DNA of 64,000 nt from Blastopirellula sp. (GTDB lineage: Bacteria; Planctomycetota; Planctomycetia; Pirellulales; Pirellulaceae). The translations under genes and the position numbers were made by a program. Under the pieces are notes generated by a model that saw only the letters and a program-made list of their open reading frames with translations, was not told where the DNA came from and searched no databases. Each line of letters opens with the position of its first letter. Positions within the stretch are counted from its first letter, which is position 1. The stretch is taken from assembly GCA_002701545.1 (NCBI GenBank), contig NZVR01000152.1, positions 8,790 to 72,789 on the forward strand. The letters are read 5' to 3'. Positions 16,610 through 25,516 of this stretch are shown piece after piece.

Positions 16610-19045
16610 ATGATGCGTGCATTACTTTCTGTTTGCTCCAGCCCTCTTCTGTTTGACAGGCTGTTTTGGTCGCTGGTCGTTGCCAGTCTGCTGCCGATAA
16701 TCGCGGACAGTTTGTCTGCGGAGGAGACGCGTGCGTTGACGCTTCCGGACGGTGTGCAAACATTCCTGCGACGGCAGTGTTACGATTGCCACCAAGGCTC
16801 AACTGCGGAAGCGGGTTTGGATTTGCTGAAACTGAAAACGACGCTCGGCGATGGGGTTTCCGAACGACGTTGGGTGCGAATCTTGGATCGTGTGGCGGCA
16901 GGAGAAATGCCGCCACGAGATAGCGAGCAGCCGCCGGAATCAGTACGCGCAAGTTTCTTATCGGACATGACCGAGTGGATACGTACTCAGCAGCAGACCC
17001 GTTTTCGAGAGCGCGGGCGTGTGCAGGCTCGGCGGTTGACGCGAATTCAGGTCGAGCGATCTTTGCATGACTTGCTGGGGATTGATATTCCGCTGGCGGA
17101 TAAGTTGCCGGAGGATGCACGCAGTCATGGATTCACGACAGTCGCAGACGGTCAGGCGATGTCGCATTTCCAACTGCAGAGGCATTTGGCGGTGGTGGAC
17201 CTGGCGTTAGACGAAGCATTCCGCAGGGCGTTGACTGGACCAGACGATTACACGCGTGAATTTGATGCTCGCGGGATTGCGCGGCGGAATCCCCGGCGCC
17301 GCTGTCGCGAGCCGGAGATGCTGGACGATCAGGCAGTCGTTTGGAATGGGACGGTGACCTTTTACGGGCGTCTCCCGGCGACGACCGCTCCTGTGGATGG
17401 CTGGTATCAGTTTGAAATTACTGTGGCTGCCTTGAAGCCGCCCGAGTCAGGCGGTGTCTGGTCGACGGTCCGCACGGGTTTATGTGTATCCAGTGCCCCG
17501 CTGCTGACGCATGTGAAGTCGTTCGAAGCGACAGCGCAACCCAGGACGATCGCGTTTCAAGCTTGGTTGCCGCAAGGTCATATGTTGGAGGTCCGACCGG
17601 GGGATGCCACGTTAAAGCGTGCTCGATTTTCCGGAGGTCAGATCGGTGCTGGCGAGGGTGAGCCGCAAGACGTGCCGGGCATTGCGATGAGCCGTTTGGT
17701 GATGAAACGGGTTCACCGAGATGGCGGTGACCAAGCCATTCGTCGGATGTTATTCGGAGACCTCAAAGTAGCCGCAACTGGCAAGCGGGAAGGTCGCCTG
17801 CAATCGAGTGCACCGCAGGAGGATGTGAGGCGTTTGCTGGTTGCGTTTGCTCGCCGAGCATTTCGTCAGCCAACGACCCAACAAGAAATTGCGCCGTACA
17901 TTGACCAGGTGTTGGCAGCGATGGACGCGGGGGATGATTTGATCTCGGCACTGCGACTCGGGTATCGGGCGTTACTCTGCTCGCCGCGATTTCTCTACTT
18001 CAACGAGACTCCAGGGCAACTGAATCAGCATCAGGTGGCGGCGCGACTCAGCTACCTACTCACCGGCAGCACGCCGGACGCACAACTGTCAGCTTTGGCA
18101 GATGCTGGCAAGTTGTTGGAGCGGACACGACTCAAGCGGGAGACCGATCGGTTGCTGGAACAGCACGGCCGTCAATTTGTCGAAGATTTTGCTGCCGAGT
18201 GGCTGGATCTCGATCAGATTGATTTCACCGTTCCGGATCGCAAATTGTTCCCCCAATTTGATCCGGTCGTTCAACGTGCCATGTTGGGCGAGACGCATGC
18301 ATTTTTGTCCGATCTGCTCGCGAGGAACGGGAGTGTGACGCGGCTCATTGACGCGGACTACACTTTTTTGAACAGTCGGTTGGCCCGGTATTATGACATA
18401 CCCGATGTGATGGGTGACGAGTTACGCCGTGTTGCTTTGGGCGCGGAGACGCGACGCGGTGGTGTGTTGACGCAAGGAGCAATTTTGAAGGTTACGGCGA
18501 ACGGCTCCAATACGTCTCCCGTCGTGCGAGGAGTCTGGGTCTCAGAACGTTTGCTGGGCCTGCCGATTCTTCCTCCTCCGGACAATGTGCCAGCCATTGA
18601 ACCGGATATTCGCGGGACAACCACCATTCGAGAACAGTTGGCAAAACATCGCTCGCAAGCGTCCTGTGCCAATTGTCATGTGAAGATTGATCCCCCCGGA
18701 TTTGCTTTGGAGAATTATGATCCGGCAGGGCAATGGCGCGATCGTTACTTGCAAAGCGTGCGAGGTCGGCGCAGGAAAGGGGCGCAAGTCGACGCCAGCT
18801 ATGCGTTGCCAGACGGCCGTAAATTCGAGGGGATTGATGGTTTTCAGCGTTTGATTGTCAAGCAACCACGTCGGCTGGCTGCGAATGTGGCCGAAAAACT
18901 ACTGGTCTATGGGTGTGGTGCGCCGATGGCTTTCGCAGATCGGCAGTATGTAGAAAAGATTGTTGAGGATGTTGCCGAAGATGACTATGGTTTACGATCG
19001 ATCGTACACGCGGTGGTCACCAGTCCTGTTTTTCTGATGAAGTAG
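16610..19045 (+). CDS. DUF1592/DUF1595/DUF1587/DUF1588/DUF1585 family protein with an N-terminal cytochrome-c-like CxxCH
   Basis: CYDCH haem-binding motif. 'RRLTRIQVERSLHDLLGIDIP' is DUF1587-like, 'GVLTQGAILKVTANGSNTSPVVRGVWV' is DUF1588-like, and 'CANCHVKIDPPGFALENYDPAGQWR' is DUF1585-like. The ORF-track start at 16364 adds 82 unlikely residues. ATG 16610 (MMRALLSV..) gives a signal-like N-terminus. Confidence 0.85.
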   Translation: MMRALLSVCSSPLLFDRLFWSLVVASLLPIIADSLSAEETRALTLPDGVQTFLRRQCYDCHQGSTAEAGLDLLKLKTTLGDGVSERRWVRILDRVAAGEMPPRDSEQPPESVRASFLSDMTEWIRTQQQTRFRERGRVQARRLTRIQVERSLHDLLGIDIPLADKLPEDARSHGFTTVADGQAMSHFQLQRHLAVVDLALDEAFRRALTGPDDYTREFDARGIARRNPRRRCREPEMLDDQAVVWNGTVTFYGRLPATTAPVDGWYQFEITVAALKPPESGGVWSTVRTGLCVSSAPLLTHVKSFEATAQPRTIAFQAWLPQGHMLEVRPGDATLKRARFSGGQIGAGEGEPQDVPGIAMSRLVMKRVHRDGGDQAIRRMLFGDLKVAATGKREGRLQSSAPQEDVRRLLVAFARRAFRQPTTQQEIAPYIDQVLAAMDAGDDLISALRLGYRALLCSPRFLYFNETPGQLNQHQVAARLSYLLTGSTPDAQLSALADAGKLLERTRLKRETDRLLEQHGRQFVEDFAAEWLDLDQIDFTVPDRKLFPQFDPVVQRAMLGETHAFLSDLLARNGSVTRLIDADYTFLNSRLARYYDIPDVMGDELRRVALGAETRRGGVLTQGAILKVTANGSNTSPVVRGVWVSERLLGLPILPPPDNVPAIEPDIRGTTTIREQLAKHRSQASCANCHVKIDPPGFALENYDPAGQWRDRYLQSVRGRRRKGAQVDASYALPDGRKFEGIDGFQRLIVKQPRRLAANVAEKLLVYGCGAPMAFADRQYVEKIVEDVAEDDYGLRSIVHAVVTSPVFLMK

Positions 19046-19106
19046 TTGAGTGTTTTCCCCAAAGTCGGGCGTGCCGATGAAGGTAGTCTTTGGCGATACG
19101 GGGTAA

Positions 19107-19146
19107 CCGAGGAATCAAGTGATGGCCCGAGGAATCAAGTGATGGC
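19107..19146 (+). repeat. Perfect 20-bp tandem duplication spanning the RBS and start codon of the DUF1552 gene
   Basis: ccgaggaatcaagtgatggc occurs at 19107-19126 and identically at 19127-19146. Each copy carries gaggaa (SD-like) and ATG. The first ATG (19122) runs into TGA after 6 codons. The second (19142) opens the 426-aa frame. Confidence 0.9.
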
Positions 19147-20422
19147 ATATGTGAACTTGCAACGACACCTGAACCGTCGGACCGTCTTGCGTGGTGCGGG
19201 AGTTGCCATGGCCATGCCTTGGCTGTCCGCGATGCGTCCCGCCTTTGCAGCTGCAGAGACGCGACCGCCGAAACGATTTGTCGCCATCACACTCGGATTG
19301 GGGCTGCACGCCGAGAACTTGTTTCCCGAACAGCCCGGGCGTGATTACCAACCTGCCCGCTATCTGGAACCACTGCAGGACATGCGGCAACATTACAGTG
19401 TCATTTCGGGGACCTCGCATCCGGGGGTTTCGGGAGGTCACCGGGCAGAGGCCAGCCTGTTAAGCGCTGCGCCGATGAGCGCGGCTGCGGCCGGTCGCAA
19501 TTCCATTTCCTTAGACCAGTTGCTGGCCAAGCACCTGGGGCATCACACACGTTTTCCCTCCTTGGTGTTGAGTTTGTCCGGGAGCAACAGTCCATCCTAC
19601 ACCAGCAGTGGCTCGATGATTCCGGCCGAGAACTCACCGGCCCGGCTGTTCACTCGATTATTTATCAACGACTCCCAACGCGAACAGAAGCAACAGATCG
19701 CGCGCGCTCGACAGGGCCGCAGCATCATGGATTTGGTGGCGGATGACGTTCGGGCTCTGCAACGAAAACTGGGTAGCGGAGATCGGCAGCGGTTGGAAGC
19801 GTATTTCAACAGTGTGCGCGAGTTGGAAAAGCGACTTGCGGAAAATGAAGCTTGGGCTGGTCGCCCCAAGCCGACCGTCGATGTCGAGAAACCGGTCGAT
19901 ATCGGAAACCCGAATGATTTCATCGGGCGCCAACGTTTGATGAGCGACATGGTTCGCTTGGCTTTGGCCACGGATTCCACTCGTTTCGTCACATTGCATC
20001 TTGGCGGCGGTGGTGGAGTGGTGCGAGTCAAAGGAGTTGACGAAGGTTATCACTCGCTCAGCCACCATGGACGCGATGAAGAAAAACTAGCGCAACTCGC
20101 CTTGGTGGAATCTGCGATCATTCACGCCTGGGGAGACTTCTTGCGAAGTTTGCAGGATACCTCTGATCAGGGCACGCACCTGCTGGATCACACCTCGGTG
20201 TTGTTAACCAGCAACCTGGGAAATGCGTCGAGTCACGATAATCGCAACATGCCGGTGTTGTTTGCCGGTGGCGGATTTCGTCACGGTCAACATCTGGCAT
20301 TCGATCGCAAAAAGAATTATCCGCTCCCCAATCTCTATCTTTCGGTGTTGCAGCAAACCGGGTTGGAAGTGGAGCGATTTGCGACCAGCACGGGAACGAT
20401 GGCTGGCATGGAACCGGCGTGA
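19142..20422 (+). CDS. DUF1552 domain protein (Tat-signal), partner of the upstream DUF1592-family gene
   Basis: '[18 protein letters not shown]' is a twin-arginine-type signal, and '[14 protein letters not shown]' is a typical DUF1552 motif. Its position directly after the DUF1592-family gene is the usual planctomycete pairing. Confidence 0.85.
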   Translation: MAYVNLQRHLNRRTVLRGAGVAMAMPWLSAMRPAFAAAETRPPKRFVAITLGLGLHAENLFPEQPGRDYQPARYLEPLQDMRQHYSVISGTSHPGVSGGHRAEASLLSAAPMSAAAAGRNSISLDQLLAKHLGHHTRFPSLVLSLSGSNSPSYTSSGSMIPAENSPARLFTRLFINDSQREQKQQIARARQGRSIMDLVADDVRALQRKLGSGDRQRLEAYFNSVRELEKRLAENEAWAGRPKPTVDVEKPVDIGNPNDFIGRQRLMSDMVRLALATDSTRFVTLHLGGGGGVVRVKGVDEGYHSLSHHGRDEEKLAQLALVESAIIHAWGDFLRSLQDTSDQGTHLLDHTSVLLTSNLGNASSHDNRNMPVLFAGGGFRHGQHLAFDRKKNYPLPNLYLSVLQQTGLEVERFATSTGTMAGMEPA

Positions 20423-20524
20423 CTCGGTGCCGCGAGCTGCGCATGAGCGGTGTCTGCGGAGTAAGATACGGGGGTCAGCTTTTAGAATTAGCTCTCTCGG
20501 CGATTGGTCGCAGTGGTGAAAGAC

Positions 20525-23188
20525 ATGCAGCGTGTTCCGCTTAGCTTTTGGTTGGTGCTAATACTGGGTGTTGCAAGCCAGTCAGCGAAAGCGGCTTCGC
20601 CCCCGTGGATGGACACGTTTTACCAATATCGCATTCCTGTTCGTGTGGATGTGAAAACCGCTGGCTGGAACGTGATTCCGTTGTCAGCGTCGGACATCTG
20701 CAAGGCGATTAGCGATCGCGAGCAGTACGCATTTGATCCAGCATTTCTGGCCTATAACCATGTTCTGCTGACCCAGGTCACAGAGTCCGGCGACCATCAG
20801 CCGTTAGCGGAGGCGGGATTTCATCTGATTTCTCGCGGTGACGAGCTGTTAGGGGCAGACCCCGGAGCGCCTGTGCCCACCGACCGACACGGTTACTATC
20901 TGGTGCGGTTTGTGAGTGAGGGCGGTAAGTTTCCACCCACGCTTCCCTACGAACAGGTCTTTCCGATCGGCGAGCCGCCGCGGACGCACGCGTATCTCAG
21001 TTCATACGTTCCTCGCCTGCTGCCAAAGGCTCGGCTGCGGCATGAATGTCTCTTGCGGTCGGATGGCAAGGACTTACGGCTGGCCATGGGGCAGACGACT
21101 ACGGCGACCGAGCTTTCCGTCCGGCAGTGTACGATTGCTTTGTTGGCAAAGTTTGCCACACCCGGACGTAAAGAGCTGGTGGTGTATTACCAGCCATGCG
21201 GAGCGCACTATCTCAAAATACCGCAGCGGCGACGGTCCGACGTTCCCGGCGCAACGGTGGCAATGCAGGGCGTTGGCAAAGCAGAGAAGTATCTGGGAAA
21301 TACCCAATATTCACTCGTTAACGACGAGGGTTGTGATGTTTGGTTTGCAGAGACGACCGTCAAATTGACGCCGAAGAGTGCGCCTCCAAGTGCAAAGCGT
21401 GCTGCAGTGCAGGTGACCACGGCCGCCCATGAATCGCAATCCTGGCAACTGGTGCTCACGCCGCGCCAAGATTTTGACTTCGCGGGCATCCGGTGCTCGG
21501 AGCTGACAAATGGTAATCACCAACTAGATGCTCGCCACTTGGAAGTCCAGACGATTGACTATGTACCAGTGACCAGGAAAGCGCGTGTCAATCAAGTTTC
21601 GTTTTTTGGCGAGATTGGTGATCCCTTGGTGCCGGTGACGGCTAGGCGCTTGAGCCGCCAGGATGGGAGTCGTGCTTTTTGGTTCACCTTGCGTACACCC
21701 TCAACCGCCCCTGCTGGCAAGTATCGTGGCACGATCTCTATTTTGCGGCGCGGAGGACGGGCGATCGAAATCCCTTTAGAGGTTCAGGTGTATGACTTTG
21801 CTTTGCCTGAGTATTCGACGTTTCGTTCCAATATGGGAGGCCAGTTCTTTGCGAAGAATAGCGGCAATCCCGCAATTCAACCGACGATGGCGTATCACGG
21901 TGTGAAGACGAAGCAAGACGTCCAGCGGCTTGCGCGAACTTACTATGAAGTGATGGCGCGGGAAAAATTCTATCCCAAGAACGTTGCGCTGTTCACCGAA
22001 GTCGGGATGCAGTGGAAGGCCCCGCCGCGAGGTTATCAGGTAGCAGACAAAGAGAATGTGTTCGAGCTGTTCGCGTGGGACTTTGAAGCATTCAATCGTG
22101 AGATGAAACACTTTATCGATGACCTCAAAGTCAATTCGGTCTGCCTGACTCACACCAACCCCAGTGTCAGTCATGTGTTCAAACACTTGCCCGGACGCCC
22201 AGCAAAAGTTTGGAGGTCAGATCCCGGACATGTCACCATGGCCTGGCAAACGTTTCGCGAGATGACCCAGGCGACTTACGGTAAGCAACCGGGCGATCCT
22301 TGGCAGGACACGAGTGTCGAGGTCTCGCGACATCAATGGGACCAGCTGGTGCTCGACTATTATCGCGCTATGGCACGCAACCTGAAAAAGCATGGATGGC
22401 TCGACAAGTTCTATATTTTTGTGGACGAAACTGCAGGAACCGAAAAAATTCTGCACCTCATTCGGCTGCTGAAAAGTGACCCCGAAACCGCCTCGATTCG
22501 TGTCGCCCACTGCCTGCAGGGGTTTGAAAGTTTATGGCATCAGGAGGACGGTAAGTACCAGTTCAACAAACTGGTGACCCATGTCCCGCAAATCGACGAG
22601 AATTACTATCGATGGGAAGACTATTACTGGGACGACTACCAGATTCCGCGAGAACGGGATCGTTTGTGGAGTTACGCCGCCTACAGTAGTCGGTTGGGGA
22701 TCAATGTCCCGGGACTGACGAATCGCCAAGTCGGATTGGAAGTGTTCCGTCTGGGAGGCAGTGGGTACGTCATTTGGGATACCTGGATGTGGCATCATGC
22801 TTACGGTCACGAAGGCGATCCTCACAACCCTTGGAAGGAACCATTTACGCGTCTGGCAAACGGCGCGCTCAGTTATTTTTATCCGCCTCGCCGAGACGGG
22901 ATGGCGACCACGCCTGACTTCACGATCACACCGTCATTGCGCATCATGACGTTTCGGGAGAGTGTCGATGACTACGAATATGCCCGGATTCTGGAAGAGC
23001 TTGTCGAACAAGCCACGCGCAACGGCGACGATGTCACGGATGCGAGACGAGTTCTCGGAGACATCAAGAAAATGTTTCCCAGCTCGGTCGAATGGACGCT
23101 GAATGACGCCTGGTATCTGGAATTGCGAGACCGGATGGCTCGCCAGATTGTCCGCTTGCGTGGACGGACTTCCCGGTTGCAACCTTAG
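20525..23188 (+). CDS. Large secreted hypothetical protein, possibly glycoside-hydrolase-like (DUF4091-type C-terminus)
   Basis: About 888 aa from ATG 20525 with signal peptide MQRVPLSFWLVLILGVASQSAKA. The C-terminal 'SLRIMTFRESVDDYEYARILEE' resembles DUF4091/GH123-like proteins, but that assignment is only tentative. Confidence 0.6.
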   Translation: MQRVPLSFWLVLILGVASQSAKAASPPWMDTFYQYRIPVRVDVKTAGWNVIPLSASDICKAISDREQYAFDPAFLAYNHVLLTQVTESGDHQPLAEAGFHLISRGDELLGADPGAPVPTDRHGYYLVRFVSEGGKFPPTLPYEQVFPIGEPPRTHAYLSSYVPRLLPKARLRHECLLRSDGKDLRLAMGQTTTATELSVRQCTIALLAKFATPGRKELVVYYQPCGAHYLKIPQRRRSDVPGATVAMQGVGKAEKYLGNTQYSLVNDEGCDVWFAETTVKLTPKSAPPSAKRAAVQVTTAAHESQSWQLVLTPRQDFDFAGIRCSELTNGNHQLDARHLEVQTIDYVPVTRKARVNQVSFFGEIGDPLVPVTARRLSRQDGSRAFWFTLRTPSTAPAGKYRGTISILRRGGRAIEIPLEVQVYDFALPEYSTFRSNMGGQFFAKNSGNPAIQPTMAYHGVKTKQDVQRLARTYYEVMAREKFYPKNVALFTEVGMQWKAPPRGYQVADKENVFELFAWDFEAFNREMKHFIDDLKVNSVCLTHTNPSVSHVFKHLPGRPAKVWRSDPGHVTMAWQTFREMTQATYGKQPGDPWQDTSVEVSRHQWDQLVLDYYRAMARNLKKHGWLDKFYIFVDETAGTEKILHLIRLLKSDPETASIRVAHCLQGFESLWHQEDGKYQFNKLVTHVPQIDENYYRWEDYYWDDYQIPRERDRLWSYAAYSSRLGINVPGLTNRQVGLEVFRLGGSGYVIWDTWMWHHAYGHEGDPHNPWKEPFTRLANGALSYFYPPRRDGMATTPDFTITPSLRIMTFRESVDDYEYARILEELVEQATRNGDDVTDARRVLGDIKKMFPSSVEWTLNDAWYLELRDRMARQIVRLRGRTSRLQP

Positions 23189-23412
23189 CTTGAAACCACG
23201 CATCGATGGGCGTTGGATTGGGGGTGGCAACAGAGGGAAGTGCGTGGTTGTGCCCGCGAGTTGACGCGCACGTGATGGGTGCCGCTGTCGCTCGTCGTAT
23301 GGCGAACCGTGGAGTGGTTCATCATCAATCTGGATGACCATGCCCTCTTGATAGGGCGCGATGGCTTTGGTGAAAATGTTTGCTGAACACGAGGGCGTGC
23401 GATGTTGACGGG

Positions 23413-23438
23413 TTTGGCGTTGACGTTTGGCGTTGACG
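23413..23438. repeat. 13-bp tandem repeat (tttggcgttgacg x2, plus partial third) upstream of the esterase gene
   Basis: Read directly. It gives three TTGACG hexamers within 40 bp, ending about 25 bp before ATG 23465. Confidence 0.6.
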
Positions 23439-23464
23439 TTTGGAAAACGAAATAAGGTCGAGTC

Positions 23465-25120
23465 ATGAAAACATTTGTCTTGTTCACCGCGACATTACTG
23501 GCAGTGCTGCCCGGTTCGCTGGCACGTGCTGAGCTGCGTTTGCCCAATATCTTTGGTGACCAGATGGTGCTGCAGCGCGACAAGCCGATTCGTGTTTGGG
23601 GATGGGCGAAGCCTGCTGCGGCGGTCGAGGTGTCCCTGGGGGCTCAGTCGATGCAAGCCACGGCGGATGATCAAGGTCACTGGCAAGTGCAACTCGAGGC
23701 GCTACCTGCGAGTTGGGATGCCATGGTGTTGCAAGTAAGCTCTGGTGATGAAACGCTGAGCGTGAACGACATCCTGGTCGGGGACGTTTGGTTATGTGGC
23801 GGGCAAAGTAACATGGAGTGGACTTTGCGCGGGACGCGGGATGCCGATGTCGAAATCCCTTCAGCAAATTTCCCCGCCATTCGCTTCATTCGTTTGCCCA
23901 AGGTGGCGAACCTGACGCCTCAGGATGATTTTCCCGTAAGCGATGCCAAGAATCCGGTGGGCAATTGGCGACAATGCACCAGCGAGCAAATTGAGAACTG
24001 TACCGCTGTGGGCTATTACTTCGCCCGCCGCATTCATCGCCGACTGCGGGTCCCGATTGGGCTGATCGACACGTCGTGGGGAGGCACCATGGCGCAACAC
24101 TGGGTGACAAAAGAGACTTTGGAACAGATTCCGGAGATGCAGCCCTATCGCAAGGAGTTTTCGGACAAGCTGCAGGCGTGGCAGGATGGAGGGGGAAAAG
24201 CGGGTGCTGAGCAACGTTACCAAGCTGACTTGCAGGCGTGGGAGCAAGCCCGTGCTGCGGCGAAGGCCAAGGGGGAGCGTGAACCGCGAGCGCCGAACCA
24301 AAGAAACTACGCCGATCCCGCTACCCAACGTCAGCCCGGCGGAATGCTGAATGGTTGTATCATGCCGCTGGCGCATTGTGCCTTGAAAGGCGTGCTGTTT
24401 TACCAGGGTGAAAATAACTCATTCACCGTCGGGTGGAAGCCATTTCCAAAGACGTATCCCGCCGTCATTTCGGACTGGCGAAAGATCTTTCGCGATGAAC
24501 AGCTTCCCTTTGGACTGGTTCAGATTGCCGGCTGGAGCAACCGTCGGAGTATGGAATATGACATGAATCACCACTGTAACATTGTGCGTGAAGTCCAATT
24601 CAACACCTGGAGGTCGACACCGAACACCGGGCTGGTGGTCACGTTTGATACGAATTCGTCCCAGAGTATTCATCCCAGTCGCAAGGTCCCTGTGGGCGAG
24701 CGGCTGGCGCGGTGGGCACTGGCCGAAGTGTATCAGGCGGAAAGTTATGCCAAGAGCCAGCCGCTGCAATGGCGTGGGCCCGTGTATCAGGCGATGGAGC
24801 GGCGGGACGACAAGATTGTGATTTCTTTTGAAGAACCGACCGCTACCGGCTTGGTATTGGATCAGGATGTCGAGGTTGGTTTTTATATTGCTGGCGACGA
24901 TCGTGTCTTCCATCACGCGCGGGCGCGCGTGGATAAAGGCAAGAACCAACTGGTGGTCTGGAGTGATGAAGTGCCCGATCCGGTGGCGGTCCGCTACGGT
25001 TGGTCCAATTTGCCAGCCGGCGGTTTGATGAATCGGCGAGAGCTTCCAGCATACCCCTTTCGCACAGATACCTGGCCGATGACTCCCCATCAGTCCACCG
25101 GTTCTTATCAAGTGCAGTAG
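23465..25120 (+). CDS. Sialate O-acetylesterase-like carbohydrate esterase (SASA family)
   Basis: Signal peptide, then 'GDVWLCGGQSNMEW' and 'GVLFYQGENN' motifs characteristic of 9-O-acetylesterases. 551 aa. Confidence 0.85.
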   Translation: MKTFVLFTATLLAVLPGSLARAELRLPNIFGDQMVLQRDKPIRVWGWAKPAAAVEVSLGAQSMQATADDQGHWQVQLEALPASWDAMVLQVSSGDETLSVNDILVGDVWLCGGQSNMEWTLRGTRDADVEIPSANFPAIRFIRLPKVANLTPQDDFPVSDAKNPVGNWRQCTSEQIENCTAVGYYFARRIHRRLRVPIGLIDTSWGGTMAQHWVTKETLEQIPEMQPYRKEFSDKLQAWQDGGGKAGAEQRYQADLQAWEQARAAAKAKGEREPRAPNQRNYADPATQRQPGGMLNGCIMPLAHCALKGVLFYQGENNSFTVGWKPFPKTYPAVISDWRKIFRDEQLPFGLVQIAGWSNRRSMEYDMNHHCNIVREVQFNTWRSTPNTGLVVTFDTNSSQSIHPSRKVPVGERLARWALAEVYQAESYAKSQPLQWRGPVYQAMERRDDKIVISFEEPTATGLVLDQDVEVGFYIAGDDRVFHHARARVDKGKNQLVVWSDEVPDPVAVRYGWSNLPAGGLMNRRELPAYPFRTDTWPMTPHQSTGSYQVQ

Positions 25121-25516
25121 TGCTCCCGGTGCGCGCCGCTCGCTGTTGTGATCAGGTGGACCCGGTGCGCTCCCCGCACGACCAGCAATTTGCGAACGAT
25201 CGAACGAGGTTGACTTTTCGTCCATCCATTTGCAGCAGAACGCTGGGCCTGTTTGCTTTGCGGCGGAGGTACACTTCCAGGTTGCTTGGAGCCGTTCCTG
25301 CGAGAGGTTGCTGCGTTGCGCCTGAAAAGCCGTAACGTGACTGGCAATTACCAGGATCGCCCAGTTCCGCAAGTCAGGTTGCAGACCTGCCCACGGAAAT
25401 CGAGCAGCAGTGTATCTTGACCAGAGTGTCCATCGATCTTGGATCGAGATACGAGCCACCCTGAAGAACTTCAGCGTACGCTGATTTGCACTTACGCCAT
25501 CAGAAGGTCCGCCGCG

